Made by a program: the position numbers and the translations under genes. Below, in pieces: positions 53,268 through 63,756 of a stretch of DNA of 64,000 nucleotides. Every line of letters starts with the position of its first letter. Position 1 is the first letter of the stretch. The notes beneath the pieces were generated by a model that did no database searches, had not been told where the DNA came from, and saw nothing but the letters and a program-made list of their open reading frames with translations. The stretch comes from a virus. Lineage: Duplodnaviria; Caudoviricetes. The stretch is from IMG/VR virus record IMGVR_UViG_3300030616_000020, positions 1 to 64,000 of that record, one strand, 5' to 3'.

Positions 53268-54285
53268 TCTTAAGGAACTGTGTTACAAGTTTATCAAACT
53301 CTTTTGAGCTGTACTCTTTTACAAAATCAGAAGGGTCTTTCGGTTCACCAACAGGATTGTGGGTAAATGGTAAATTGAACTTCTCTGCAAAACCTTTTGC
53401 GCCATCTATTCCACCTTCATCGTTATCAAACCAGACATAAATGTTACTGAATCTTTTTTTCAGCTTTTCCATTACCTGTTCCGGAATAAACGAATGCTCA
53501 TTGTTTGGAGCTATAGCCCAATAACCAAGCATGTTAAAGGTCAAAATGTCCTTATAAGACTTGGTTATGAACAGAATATCCTGTTTGTTCTTAGGAAGTA
53601 GAGTCCATCCTTGTACGATGGTGTTATTGACATTGGTTATAAAGCGATATCTTCCTTTTGTCTGAGGAAAGTAAAGCTTTCTCCTAAATACTCCTTTGTG
53701 CCAGTAGTATTCAAACGAATAAGCAAGTTGATAAGGATTGACACGGTAAAAAGCATTGTCCTTAAACCTGCTATCAATTCTGTAGCTTGCTATCGAATAA
53801 ATCTTATGGTATTTAAGTAGTAGAGGAGGGATTTCATATTGCGCCCAATACTCTCTGTCAAGCTTAGTCCATCTTCGAGGTTCAATCTCTATAATGGTAG
53901 GTTGACGTTCAAACTGCTTCACATCGAAGTGTACCTTCTCAGGTGTCTCCATTGAAGCATTGACTCCGATGGAAGCAGAAGAACCTAAACCAAGACCGAA
54001 GTCCTGATTTATGATGCTAAGTGCGCCCTGAAAATCTGTATTAAACTTTCTCGCAATATAATCAAATACTCTATATCCTTGTGGTTCACCGAAATCCTTG
54101 TAAAGTAAGTCTCCTTCCCACATTATAATATGGCACGACGGTCTGGTATCTTTACGAAATTCACTCTTAAACATTCTGTCAATTGCTGAAAAGTTCTTAC
54201 AGTATGCCTGAAATAACTGATAGCTGTCAACGTGTTTAAGAATGTTTTCTTTCGTAAGTCTTTTTTCAGACGGTGTAAATGCCAT
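53239..54285 (-). CDS. DNA primase (crAss-type, TOPRIM)
   Basis: SEFRKDTRPSC, LYKDFG, ITKSYKD, WFDNDEGG, KDPSD. Confidence 0.85.
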   Translation of the reverse strand: MAFTPSEKRLTKENILKHVDSYQLFQAYCKNFSAIDRMFKSEFRKDTRPSCHIIMWEGDLLYKDFGEPQGYRVFDYIARKFNTDFQGALSIINQDFGLGLGSSASIGVNASMETPEKVHFDVKQFERQPTIIEIEPRRWTKLDREYWAQYEIPPLLLKYHKIYSIASYRIDSRFKDNAFYRVNPYQLAYSFEYYWHKGVFRRKLYFPQTKGRYRFITNVNNTIVQGWTLLPKNKQDILFITKSYKDILTFNMLGYWAIAPNNEHSFIPEQVMEKLKKRFSNIYVWFDNDEGGIDGAKGFAEKFNLPFTHNPVGEPKDPSDFVKEYSSKEFDKLVTQFLKNEGHTNYCS

Positions 54286-54293
54286 ATTAAATA

Positions 54294-55085
54294 CTAAAAC
54301 GGGTCGTCGCCTTTCTTTCCTTCTTCTTCAGCACCACCTGTATCAGGTCGTGTGGAAGGCTCACTCCACTCTGCGAAAGCGAAGGAGTTTTGATAATCCT
54401 CTTTAATGGCATAACCATTAGAGGTTTGGTTCCTTACATGAGATTCCCAATAGTTTGTCCGCTTATTTGAAGCACGATCAAAATACTTATTGTAGACGCT
54501 CTGATACTTACCGTCACGAACAGTAAGAAGAACCCGAACTTCGTTATCTGCATTACCTGCAAGAAGACCATGAAGTTCAGAATAGTCTTCATCAAAGATA
54601 GCAAGAAAATTGTCCATCTTTGCCTCATCATCCGGTCCAATGTTCAGCCAATTTACAAGGAACAAATGTAAGTCAGCTTCACCTACATGACTTCTACGAG
54701 CAGTCTCGTGTTTGAACCATGTAAGACCTGTTGGTGGATTCTCAGGGTCTCCCTGAGCAGACCAAGCGGTACGACCAAAATCATTGATCCACTCGGACTT
54801 ATCTCCTTCCCTATTCACCCTATACTGATTTTCGAGGAAGAAAGCGACCTTGGTCATGATCTTCTCACCTTCAGGGCTTTCACCGTGAAGATGGAAGTCA
54901 AGTCTCAGTTTCTTCACTTCCTCTTCGACAGTCAGGTAGACAGGATCGTTTTGAGGTTTATAGCCCATCTCCTCCAACTGTGCTTTTGTTGGATTGATAG
55001 CTACAACCTTCATGTTATGAAGTCCTGTATAGAGTTTGATCTCTCTGAATACCTTTTCGTCTGATTTGTTTGGATTAAACGCCAT
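54294..55085 (-). CDS. Probable single-stranded DNA-binding protein
   Basis: YTG..KVVAINPT; acidic C-terminus ending DDPF; between the AAA ATPase and primase. Confidence 0.55.
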   Translation of the reverse strand: MAFNPNKSDEKVFREIKLYTGLHNMKVVAINPTKAQLEEMGYKPQNDPVYLTVEEEVKKLRLDFHLHGESPEGEKIMTKVAFFLENQYRVNREGDKSEWINDFGRTAWSAQGDPENPPTGLTWFKHETARRSHVGEADLHLFLVNWLNIGPDDEAKMDNFLAIFDEDYSELHGLLAGNADNEVRVLLTVRDGKYQSVYNKYFDRASNKRTNYWESHVRNQTSNGYAIKEDYQNSFAFAEWSEPSTRPDTGGAEEEGKKGDDPF

Positions 55086-55121
55086 AATTTTTAGTGAATT
55101 TTATACGGTTGAAAAATAGGA

Positions 55122-55802
55122 TTACCCCTCATAGTACCCGTTGATCGTCTCAACTACTTTCGCAAGATCATTTGGGACATGGAGGGTAGCGAACATCCCT
55201 TTTGGAGATTTCGCAGTGGTTGTTCCATCATTTTGGGTGATAAAGGTATATTCTAATCCGTTCTTTTCCTTATTTTTTTGAACATCTGTAAAAAGCACAA
55301 CTGTAAATAATCCTTCGAGAGTAACTTTGTCATCAAGCAATTTTCCGATTGTCTTTATCTTTCTCTTTGGCTGGAAGTTCTCGGTAATGATCTCATCATG
55401 GCTCAGAAACACAACTTTCAAGTCTGCTCTTAGACTCTTAGCTGCATTGATCACGTCCCAAACATGCTTTGCAATATCTGTAAACTTCTGCCAACCAGAT
55501 TCATTCGCCCTGTTCATAAACTCAGTGGACATAATGTACTGGAAATCATCTATTACGATTTGCTTAATTTCAGGACGGTTCTCATTGATATACTTGAGAA
55601 CCTTCACAATCTGAGCTGAATCATGACTGATTAGAAAATTACCGCCTTCTTGGATTCCTGTCTTGTAATTCTGCTTCCACCCTCGAAAAGGAAGCGGTTT
55701 ATCAATGATACCAATGATAACCGTTTCCTTAGGATCGAGAGTTTCTACGGAAGTCGATTTACCAGTTCCGGTTTGTCCTACTACTGCAATAATTTCGCTC
55801 AT
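55122..55802 (-). CDS. AAA_24/Sak4-like ATPase
   Basis: GQTGTGKST Walker A, IVIDDFQY Walker B, KTIGKLLD, AKSPKGMF. Confidence 0.85.
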   Translation of the reverse strand: MSEIIAVVGQTGTGKSTSVETLDPKETVIIGIIDKPLPFRGWKQNYKTGIQEGGNFLISHDSAQIVKVLKYINENRPEIKQIVIDDFQYIMSTEFMNRANESGWQKFTDIAKHVWDVINAAKSLRADLKVVFLSHDEIITENFQPKRKIKTIGKLLDDKVTLEGLFTVVLFTDVQKNKEKNGLEYTFITQNDGTTTAKSPKGMFATLHVPNDLAKVVETINGYYEG

Positions 55803-55805
55803 GTT

Positions 55806-56375
55806 TTAAAAGTTAAAACCAGAAAATCTGATAAGATAGTCTTCCAGACCCGTGCCGTAAGCATCAGTCGGGTTGTATCCATACTCAAAATATTTCATCA
55901 CTCCTCCTGCACCAGCTAAATGTGCTGCTGCAAGCAGACCGCTTTTAGTGATTTCAACACCACGGATGGTTATTCCGTTGTACTGATGAATTATTTCTCG
56001 TAAGTGTTGCTCGTTTTTGGTCAGAAGACGAATCATAGCGGTGTCTTGTTCCACCTCTGACCAAACCAAAGGGTTACGCATGAAATCTGTAAAGGATATA
56101 TTTCCAAATCCACAAGATTTACGTGCGAGATAGCCAAACTGATACTTTCCTATATAACCAAAACGGTTATATGCTTTAGGATTACCTCTTGATTCTGAGT
56201 AAGCTACAGCCTCAAGGAATTTTTCAAGTTCCTCTTGTCTCCTTTTCTCATCCAATCGAATTTGCATAAGTATTCTATACTCATCAATTTTTTCATTGGA
56301 TAAGTCAGGAGCATAAGAAATTTGAGAGAAAGTAAACAGCACAATGATCAGTAAGAATAGCTTTCTTCTTTTCAT
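55806..56375 (-). CDS. Secreted lysozyme/transglycosylase-like protein
   Basis: Signal peptide; ESRGNPKAYNRFGYIGKYQFG, GLLAAAHLAGAGG. Confidence 0.75.
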   Translation of the reverse strand: MKRRKLFLLIIVLFTFSQISYAPDLSNEKIDEYRILMQIRLDEKRRQEELEKFLEAVAYSESRGNPKAYNRFGYIGKYQFGYLARKSCGFGNISFTDFMRNPLVWSEVEQDTAMIRLLTKNEQHLREIIHQYNGITIRGVEITKSGLLAAAHLAGAGGVMKYFEYGYNPTDAYGTGLEDYLIRFSGFNF

Positions 56376-56396
56376 AATGGTTGTTTTCGTTCGACA

Positions 56397-57410
56397 TCAA
56401 TCATAGTCCAAGACCTGATTGTATTTCAAGTTGTTCCTCATTTTTGCAATAAACGGTTCGGTCTCACGAGTCTTAATGAAGTGGAAATATATTATTCCTT
56501 CGACAGGTAAATCCTGAGGACCGTATGCCCTGAGGTTCAACAATTCGGGACGATGTGCTATCATAAAAATATCTGAATACTGATATAGCGCATCAGCCCC
56601 AAAAACATCCGATTTCTGTGGGTAGTGAAGGTTCTTGTTCTGTATTCTTTCTACAGCCTCAATCGCCCTATTCAACTGACTCACAATAATAAAGGATGCT
56701 TTTATTTTCTTCTTGAGTTCATTAAACATAGCAGCTAGTTCATATAGCACCTGATTTTGATTTTGCTCTCCGAACTTCTTGACTAATATTGAATGATCAA
56801 GAGTAACTAGAACTCCACGATCTATGTTACATTCCATTCCCATAGCGAAGTACTCAATTGTATTTTTGATCTCTTCTACTGTACCGGGAATATCTACATA
56901 CCATAGTGGTAAGTCCTTAATACTTTCTGCATAATTAACGGCTTCTTGATAAGTGTCTTGTTTAATATTTAAGTTAGGTTGCTCAGTATCTGCATTATAA
57001 ATCTGCGTAGTCGTCATCTGCAATTTCTTGGAAATCTTTCTACCAACAAGCCTTCTTGCTATCATCTCAAAATTGAATGACAGCACTGCAAATTTCTCAT
57101 TTGGGTTAAGAGCGAAAAGTCCACTTTCCAACTCATTGAGAATTGCAGTTTTACCACTACCTGACATTCCTGCGATAGTGATAATTGATCCCCATTCGAT
57201 ACCGTTCATTCCTGCTTTGTCAAACTTTCTCCACGGTGTCTTTAGGGATTTAATCTGATTATCCATTCTACCCCTGATGTAGCGCAATTCTTTCCTTGCT
57301 GCTTCCTCAAGGGATAACATGGGTAATATTCTAGACGATTGCTCTGCCATAATCTTTCCCTTCCTCTTTATTATTAGATGATCGTTCAGTAAGTGCTTCA
57401 CACTCTGCAC
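56397..57410 (-). CDS. dnaB: DnaB-like replicative helicase (likely start near 57350)
   Basis: AGMSGSGKT, FNFEM, LDH, VSQLNR. Confidence 0.9.
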   Translation of the reverse strand: MQSVKHLLNDHLIIKRKGKIMAEQSSRILPMLSLEEAARKELRYIRGRMDNQIKSLKTPWRKFDKAGMNGIEWGSIITIAGMSGSGKTAILNELESGLFALNPNEKFAVLSFNFEMIARRLVGRKISKKLQMTTTQIYNADTEQPNLNIKQDTYQEAVNYAESIKDLPLWYVDIPGTVEEIKNTIEYFAMGMECNIDRGVLVTLDHSILVKKFGEQNQNQVLYELAAMFNELKKKIKASFIIVSQLNRAIEAVERIQNKNLHYPQKSDVFGADALYQYSDIFMIAHRPELLNLRAYGPQDLPVEGIIYFHFIKTRETEPFIAKMRNNLKYNQVLDYD

Positions 57411-57945
57411 TTAGAGTCGAGCCTACACCACGTTTTTCAATGAAATAGTGTGCTAATTGCATATAGGCATATCCTTTAAGGGAAAATCTTTCTACGTAGT
57501 CTCTTGTAGCTTGGAATATCTGCTCTAGGGAATAGTCGTGAGTATTTACAAATTTAATCATTTTCTTGATAACTTCATCCTTATTGCCTCTGTATCTGAA
57601 ACCTGCCGTGTTTACACCTTCGGGGAATATCTCCCTCCATGACTGAATCCACTGACCGACTTCCTTCGCTGTAGTTATCTTTTTCTTTGTTCCAACATGC
57701 TTTTTAAATAAATCTTCACCTGCTTTTCGTAAAGTAATATCTTCAGGGTCCTTACCATACCATTTGACCAATCCACTTGTCTCCAATTGTCTTACTCCAC
57801 TTGAAAATTCCATGAAATTATCATCATATGCTATCTTCAGAAATTCAAATTGTTCTTCGTAGACAAGAATCAGGAGTACAAACTCGAAGAAAGTCATCGA
57901 CGGTTGAAACTCCTCATATATTGTCAAGTATCTCTGATCAATCAT
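57331..57945 (-). CDS. Putative replication initiator/helicase loader
   Basis: wHTH-like N-terminus; directly upstream of DnaB. Confidence 0.5.
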   Translation of the reverse strand: MIDQRYLTIYEEFQPSMTFFEFVLLILVYEEQFEFLKIAYDDNFMEFSSGVRQLETSGLVKWYGKDPEDITLRKAGEDLFKKHVGTKKKITTAKEVGQWIQSWREIFPEGVNTAGFRYRGNKDEVIKKMIKFVNTHDYSLEQIFQATRDYVERFSLKGYAYMQLAHYFIEKRGVGSTLSAECEALTERSSNNKEEGKDYGRAIV

Positions 57946-57947
57946 GG

Positions 57948-58193
57948 TTATGAGATATTTAGGTGTTTGTACTGAAGTCGCACATCCTCCTCTTCAAGTG
58001 ACGACAGAGTACTGAAGATGATGTCATCCTCAGTAAACTCTGTGTCAAATGTTTCATTAAGAATTTGGCATAACGTCCTGATATCCGGGATTTCTTCCGG
58101 AGTATAATCAACCTCAATGAGGCTAATCATCAGGTCCAACGTGAGGGATAGCGACTTTTGTTTTAATTTCAGACTTTCTATAATCGAAGTCAT
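57948..58193 (-). CDS. Hypothetical protein
   Basis: 81-aa acidic ORF. Confidence 0.55.
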   Translation of the reverse strand: MTSIIESLKLKQKSLSLTLDLMISLIEVDYTPEEIPDIRTLCQILNETFDTEFTEDDIIFSTLSSLEEEDVRLQYKHLNIS

Positions 58194-59460
58194 TTCTCAA
58201 AATAAAATCGCTGTTTAAATACACTGCTTCACTCAAGTCAAACTTCTTAGTCATATTCTTGAACCACTTGTCGCTTTGAGTTCCGGGAACCCTGATGATC
58301 CACATGTCAGCGTGTTCATCAACAGCAAGCCTGTCAAGCCTACCCTTTTTCTGTTTAGACTTGGTTGCAGAGCCAATATATGACTCCATTATCGCATGAG
58401 TTGCACCTACAAGATTTAACCCAAGCGTAAGAGAATTACAGCTACCAAGCTCCTTGATCCTTCCGTCGTTGAATTTCTCGATTAACTGAGCATTCAATTT
58501 ATCGGAGTTCTTGGAGTGAACTGTATATTTACTGATCTTATCAGCTTGAGCTGTAAACTCAGAGAACACAAGTACTTTAGCGTTGGGCATCTCTGCTCTG
58601 ATTCCACCACTGATACGTTTTGCTATTCTTCCTGTCGAAGGTAAGTTCAACAGAAAGTTCTTTCTTGCTTTAATAGCATTCATATATACAGCAGCAGCAC
58701 CTTTCTGCTGAGTTGTACCTCTGCCTTGCCAAAACCACAATCTTGCATCACGGAACCAGTCAGTAGAGCCTTGAGCCATCATGAGTTCCTGACCTTTCTT
58801 CATTCTTTCGGTCAGATAATCGTAATACTCTTTCTCTCCTCTTTCATAGTCTTTACCTCTGTATGTGACAATGATTCTGTCTTCATCTGAGAGGTTGTGA
58901 TTTACGATAAAGAATCTGGTCTTGTTTATCAGACCATCTTCTGCGGAATTGTAGTACTCATATACGATAGGACAAAATCTATCGTAATAGATTTGCTTGT
59001 CATTATCGTCAGTAATATCATGGGTTGCAGTCAATCCGAGAATATACTTGAACTCGTTGTTTTCAAGCAACTTACTATATTCCGGGGTCATGATGGTATG
59101 AATCTCGTCAAGAATAACGAAATCATACTTACGATCAGTCCATTTATAGCAGGTTTGAATATTCTCCATTTCAATATTGAGAGTCCTTGAAGGTCTCTCA
59201 CCATCGTAATCAATTGTCCACAATCCATCTCTCCACGGTTCAAATCCCCATTTAACCAGTTCATCATACCAGTTTTTCTTGAGGTTTGTTCGTGGTGAGG
59301 TTATCAGGACATTTGTTATATCATCCTGATCATGGATGAACAGCGTGGCTGCTCTACTTTTACCTGTGCCGGTTTCAAGACATAATGTACCTATACTACC
59401 AGCATCGACGAATGCTTTCAAAGCCTTGCTCTGTAGCTCGTCTTTAAGTTTATCTATCAT
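58123..59460 (-). CDS. Superfamily 2 helicase
   Basis: ETGTGKS, LDEIH, LGLTAT, QKKGRLDR. Confidence 0.88.
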   Translation of the reverse strand: MIDKLKDELQSKALKAFVDAGSIGTLCLETGTGKSRAATLFIHDQDDITNVLITSPRTNLKKNWYDELVKWGFEPWRDGLWTIDYDGERPSRTLNIEMENIQTCYKWTDRKYDFVILDEIHTIMTPEYSKLLENNEFKYILGLTATHDITDDNDKQIYYDRFCPIVYEYYNSAEDGLINKTRFFIVNHNLSDEDRIIVTYRGKDYERGEKEYYDYLTERMKKGQELMMAQGSTDWFRDARLWFWQGRGTTQQKGAAAVYMNAIKARKNFLLNLPSTGRIAKRISGGIRAEMPNAKVLVFSEFTAQADKISKYTVHSKNSDKLNAQLIEKFNDGRIKELGSCNSLTLGLNLVGATHAIMESYIGSATKSKQKKGRLDRLAVDEHADMWIIRVPGTQSDKWFKNMTKKFDLSEAVYLNSDFILRNDFDYRKSEIKTKVAIPHVGPDD

Positions 59461-59711
59461 AAATTTTCCTGTGAAATATTCTTATAGCCCATTTGTTTAA
59501 GTTCGCTTCTGTTATATAATCTCTCTATCTCTAAACCCTCAGCAATGACCTGTTGTTCGGTCATCTTCCAACCAAGAACCTCTCCTCCGGGATTGATTCC
59601 CAGATCATGCGCTTTTGTTACAGCTTCATGAAAATTAGAAGCTCTTACAATAGTGCATCCGAGGTTAAGGTTCAGATCAGGGTCTCTGAACGATAACCAT
59701 GTATACATCAT
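59457..59711 (-). CDS. Hypothetical protein
   Basis: 84 aa, LGINPGGEV motif. Confidence 0.55.
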   Translation of the reverse strand: MMYTWLSFRDPDLNLNLGCTIVRASNFHEAVTKAHDLGINPGGEVLGWKMTEQQVIAEGLEIERLYNRSELKQMGYKNISQENL

Positions 59712-59716
59712 TTAGA

Positions 59717-59857
59717 TTAGGTTTTTGAGTTATTAAATGCTTCGTCACAAATACAAGAGGAAATCTTCATATGGCAATGAGGACAGATACCCTTTCGTTT
59801 AGCCTCCTTTCTTCTTTGATACTCCTGTTCGTAAATCTTCTCATCTGCTTTCATCAT
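59717..59857 (-). CDS. Tiny Cys-rich protein (not in the ORF track)
   Basis: Hand translation MMKADEK..GICPHCHMKISSCICDEAF, 46 aa. Confidence 0.4.
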   Translation of the reverse strand: MMKADEKIYEQEYQRRKEAKRKGICPHCHMKISSCICDEAFNNSKT

Positions 59858-59992
59858 TTTGTATTTTTAATGGTAGCAAGACGACCTTCGAGCTTTCTTT
59901 GAGCTTCAGGGTTTCCTTCAAAACGGAAATACTGTTGTTCAAGTCGTCTGATCTTTTTCACGGTAGATTTTTCTTTCGCCATAATCAGTTAG

Positions 59993-60382
59993 TTATAATT
60001 CAAAATATTGATCTGCCAGCTTATTATACTCGTACAAAGGTAGTCCCATTTTTCTTGCGATCTTCCTTATCCTTAAGTTGTTGATTGTACGTGCAGTAAA
60101 CATGCACACTCCAACAGACACAAGCACAAAAGCAAAAATGTAGGTTGGTATTGCAATAAAAGTTCTCATGGGTTTTCCGGTAAAGTCACTGACGACAGTC
60201 CCAACGAAACCTATGATAAAAGAAATAGCAAGAATCCATACCACAATCCTGCTGATTGCGACTTTTGGAACTAAATCTTTGTTAGTCCCTTCTTTGGAGA
60301 AATGCTTGTAAATAAATACAACAAATCTTCCGGGGGGATACTTGTTGTAGACTGCTAGGAATTCTTCTCTTGTGATACTCAT
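59993..60382 (-). CDS. Two-TM membrane protein (likely start MSITREE)
   Basis: Two hydrophobic helices. Confidence 0.55.
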   Translation of the reverse strand: MSITREEFLAVYNKYPPGRFVVFIYKHFSKEGTNKDLVPKVAISRIVVWILAISFIIGFVGTVVSDFTGKPMRTFIAIPTYIFAFVLVSVGVCMFTARTINNLRIRKIARKMGLPLYEYNKLADQYFEL

Positions 60383-60505
60383 GGTAATATATTTAAGTGT
60401 CCATTGTTCTCTAATACTCCTATAATGGCAGCAGCTATGATCAGGATTATGACTATAATTATTGTCCAATCCATACCATCTCTCCACCTCTGCTCTTTAG
60501 TCCTC

Positions 60506-60727
60506 TTAATCATTGAATTCTCCCATTGCATGTTGAAAATCTGGTTCATCTGGATAACATTCCGGTCTCCCTTCAGTATAAATTATCCCATTTCTCACAT
60601 AAATGAAGTCAGGATAAGGCATTCCGGGTTCCCAAAACTTATCACGAAAACATCCACAGACAACACACTCATGGGTTTCAATACAATGCTTACGAGCATC
60701 TATCTCTTTCCATTTGTGTTTGATCAT
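60506..60727 (-). CDS. Small Cys-rich protein
   Basis: 73 aa, HKW..CVVCGC. Confidence 0.5.
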   Translation of the reverse strand: MIKHKWKEIDARKHCIETHECVVCGCFRDKFWEPGMPYPDFIYVRNGIIYTEGRPECYPDEPDFQHAMGEFND

Positions 60728-61041
60728 ATCCGTCCGTGTTCTTCCATGTGGCAGTTTCTACAGAGAGTAATCATATCTTCATCAGCAGCTTCCCATGGTA
60801 AACCATTATATCTTATATGGTGTACATGCAGGGGATTAAGCGCACCCGTAGGTGGGTCAAGCTTACAATGAGGATCATGTTTACCATTACCTTGCTGTCC
60901 ACATTTTTGACAGGTGTAATTATCTCTTTCAAGGATTTCTCTGCGTCTTTCTTTCCACTCAGGGGTTTCTAATAATTTGAAATATCTCTCACTGTTTGCC
61001 CGTTTTGCTTTCTTGGACAATTTCTTCTTCTTCTTTCTCAC
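60724..61041 (-). CDS. HNH endonuclease
   Basis: RDNYTCQKCG..LHVHH..LCRNCHMEEH. Confidence 0.85.
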   Translation of the reverse strand: MRKKKKKLSKKAKRANSERYFKLLETPEWKERRREILERDNYTCQKCGQQGNGKHDPHCKLDPPTGALNPLHVHHIRYNGLPWEAADEDMITLCRNCHMEEHGRI

Positions 61042-61043
61042 GA

Positions 61044-62942
61044 TTAGAACAGTTTTCGTTGACCGTCATCGACAGCATACCTGATTCTGTTTGCTCTTGC
61101 GATATAATAGTTATAATCTATACCATACTCTTCCATCGGTGCTTCATAATACCTGTTGAATATCTTACACGTTTTACCTGCTTCCAATGATATTATTCTA
61201 CCATCTTCTTTATGTCTTTTCGTGAGTGAACCACCTGTACGGGACATATAATACCTAATTGTACGTTGCTGTACGTCGTCGACCTGTCTCTGGTTATGAA
61301 TATAACTGTAAACAATGTTCCAATCTTTTCTCGCTCTAAATCCAATTCCAAAGTCATAGATATTATCATGATTGCGAATAAAATCTTCAATTGGTATATC
61401 TTCAAAATAATATGCATGAAGTGCTTTAGGGACTACACGCATGGACCAGTTCTTATTGTATGCTACTGCTCCATTCTGCGTGGGTATAATCTCAAAACAA
61501 CCCTTAGGTTTAATATATCCATCAGTTGTTCTTGCAAGATAATTATTTACATCTCTAATAATCATATCACTGTACTCAGCATACTCAAGGACCATCCCTG
61601 TTCTCTTTTCCCAAGCAAGACAGATATTTCTCACAGCATCTTCATCTTGTCTTGGGATCATAACCGTAATACCATCGGTATTGGCCTGAAGCATTGTCAG
61701 ATTCTTGATACTATCAACCAGCCATTCTGACAGCATAGCCAGCAGTAGTTGACCATTGATAGTTATTCGCATGGTATACATAGGATCATAAAATAATGAA
61801 TACTGGTCATTTGATTTACCGTATACACCATTTAATGCTAGTTTAAGTCCAGAATTTACCGGCTTATTACCTTCTTTTTTGGCTTTCATTCTGGTATCGA
61901 ATAATTCCTTATACACCTCTGAGAATGTTTGTCCGAGGTGTTGAGGATAAAAACCATGTTGTATAGCCAAAGCAGGGTAATATGCTGCTACATCAATATC
62001 GAGGATCAGCATATCCTCTGTAGACTTATACACTCCTGATTCTATGCAACCATGAATACCACCAACACCGAAATCATACTTGAATCCTTTATAGATTGCT
62101 GATTTCTCAAATGGTTTGTAAGTGGTATATACAGTGGTTTCTTTGAAGAAGTCATGTATCTCTCTGAGTTCTTTGCTTTCAAAGTATATATAAGGTAGGA
62201 GACATTTGCCAAGATCAATCTCTCTGCGATATGTCCGTAAATCTTTTACAGCATTGTAGTGTACATTCTTCTTTCGTGCGATCTGTCTACCGAAAATCTC
62301 TTGTCCGATTTTAGGATCATTATAATTTCTTAGTTGCAGATTGTAAGTTGCAGATAGCATCTTACGCAATTCTACCATGTCTGCGCTTAAATGATAAAAC
62401 TTATGAGTTGAAGCGGTATCATTATGATTATAGCTTAGAATCTCTGGAATCTCATCTTCTGTAACCCAATGGTCATGCTCGAATGGCATATCCTGAACGT
62501 TTGGGTAGTTGATAGCTATTTGTACAGCCTTAAGGGAAGTTCTCTTTGCTTTGTTATCGAAGTGATGTATCCTGAATAAATCTAATTGCGGTATCATCTC
62601 TTTCCACTCCGGTATAGCTGAATATTCTTCTTTTAAAATCCTTTGTGATTCCCAATGCATCATTTCTAATATCTTAGCTACACGTACATTTGCACCAGCA
62701 TGACGATGCGCATCTATCGTGTTAATGAAGAAATGTAAAAGTGGGTAATCATAATTTACATTGTTAAATCCAATCAGTCCTGCTACCTCAGTCATTAAGA
62801 AATCGAAGTAAACATCAATGTCATTTCTGCTTTCGTGAATTACAAATACTCTTATATCCTCAATATCATCTCTGTTAATAAATACGCCTGAATGAAAGTT
62901 TTCTAGTTGCTCTAGGTCGTAGACCCACACTTTCTTTTTCAT
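61044..62942 (-). CDS. polB: Family B DNA polymerase (crAss-type); likely start MKKKVW at 62942
   Basis: Exo YDLE, GFNNVNYD; pol DIDVAAYYP, KLALNGVYGKS, ANTDGI. Confidence 0.92.
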   Translation of the reverse strand: MKKKVWVYDLEQLENFHSGVFINRDDIEDIRVFVIHESRNDIDVYFDFLMTEVAGLIGFNNVNYDYPLLHFFINTIDAHRHAGANVRVAKILEMMHWESQRILKEEYSAIPEWKEMIPQLDLFRIHHFDNKAKRTSLKAVQIAINYPNVQDMPFEHDHWVTEDEIPEILSYNHNDTASTHKFYHLSADMVELRKMLSATYNLQLRNYNDPKIGQEIFGRQIARKKNVHYNAVKDLRTYRREIDLGKCLLPYIYFESKELREIHDFFKETTVYTTYKPFEKSAIYKGFKYDFGVGGIHGCIESGVYKSTEDMLILDIDVAAYYPALAIQHGFYPQHLGQTFSEVYKELFDTRMKAKKEGNKPVNSGLKLALNGVYGKSNDQYSLFYDPMYTMRITINGQLLLAMLSEWLVDSIKNLTMLQANTDGITVMIPRQDEDAVRNICLAWEKRTGMVLEYAEYSDMIIRDVNNYLARTTDGYIKPKGCFEIIPTQNGAVAYNKNWSMRVVPKALHAYYFEDIPIEDFIRNHDNIYDFGIGFRARKDWNIVYSYIHNQRQVDDVQQRTIRYYMSRTGGSLTKRHKEDGRIISLEAGKTCKIFNRYYEAPMEEYGIDYNYYIARANRIRYAVDDGQRKLF

Positions 62943-62963
62943 AAGCTTATAGATTAGAGAGTT

Positions 62964-62993
62964 AAAAAGGAGCATCCCCGAAGGGACACTCCT
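62964..62993 (-). terminator. Intrinsic terminator upstream of polB
   Basis: AGGAGTGTCCC-TTCG-GGGATGCTCC-TTTTT on -. Confidence 0.8.
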
Positions 62994-63027
62994 ATAAAGT
63001 TATGAAATTTGAAGAGAAAAGCTACTT

Positions 63028-63528
63028 CTACTTCTTGGTATCAGCAGCCTCCTTGAAGTCGGCAATGGCAGGATCGACAGCAGTTACAGCATCGGTGTCA
63101 TGCTGAATCAGTCTGTCGGTGATATCGCTACCCTCAGGTACGACTTCAGTTTTCCACATGATCGTCTCTCCATTCTTCTTCAGAACCTCTCCGGTGGTGG
63201 GATTGATCTTCTCCCTGTAACCCAGTTCTTCACCGAGTTCACTTTCGAGTTTTTCCAGAGTTACAATCCTGTGGGGAGCTACGGCAACAGAATAATCTGA
63301 GCCTTCCCTCAGCTTGTATTCGGCAATGGTTGCCTCAAGGTCTTCAATTGAACCCACGATGAATCCAACCTTGTTCCTCTTGTTCAGGAACCCGTTGGAA
63401 AGGGTTACAACTGTCGACATCAGCATCAAGCTGCCGAATTCAGGCTTGTTTGAATTGATACGAATCAGACCGTTGGCGGTCAGCTCGTTTCCTTCTTTCT
63501 CATTCCATTTTGTCACAACACATTTCAT
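63028..63528 (-). CDS. Hypothetical protein
   Basis: 166 aa, KINPTTGEVL motif, followed by a terminator. Confidence 0.65.
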   Translation of the reverse strand: MKCVVTKWNEKEGNELTANGLIRINSNKPEFGSLMLMSTVVTLSNGFLNKRNKVGFIVGSIEDLEATIAEYKLREGSDYSVAVAPHRIVTLEKLESELGEELGYREKINPTTGEVLKKNGETIMWKTEVVPEGSDITDRLIQHDTDAVTAVDPAIADFKEAADTKK

Positions 63529-63653
63529 GATTTCTCAATTTTAAGTTAAACATCTAAATAAAAGTCAAGATGTAATGTCTACCATGTACAAAGGCGTGTT
63601 GAGTTATTTTTACTCTTACACTGCACAATCTCCTATAGCTTCTATTACATAGA

Positions 63654-63746
63654 GAGGTGGGAGAGAGTCGAACTCTCCTACACGATCTAACTACAATTAA
63701 ATACTGTTACATGGCAAGAACAGGATCGTGCGTCACCGTCCACCTC
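63654..63746 (-). ncRNA. tRNA-like-domain RNA A (acceptor stem + T arm, no D stem)
   Basis: GAGGTGG/CCACCTC, CACGATC/GATCGTG, GAGAG-TTCGACT-CTCTC. Confidence 0.6.
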
Positions 63747-63756
63747 ATAACATAGA

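Noticed and set aside
61044-62942. Intein or group I intron in polB, RNAP or DnaB
   Set aside because: The ORFs are uninterrupted and I saw no intein splice motifs or LAGLIDADG blocks; the adjacent HNH is free-standing
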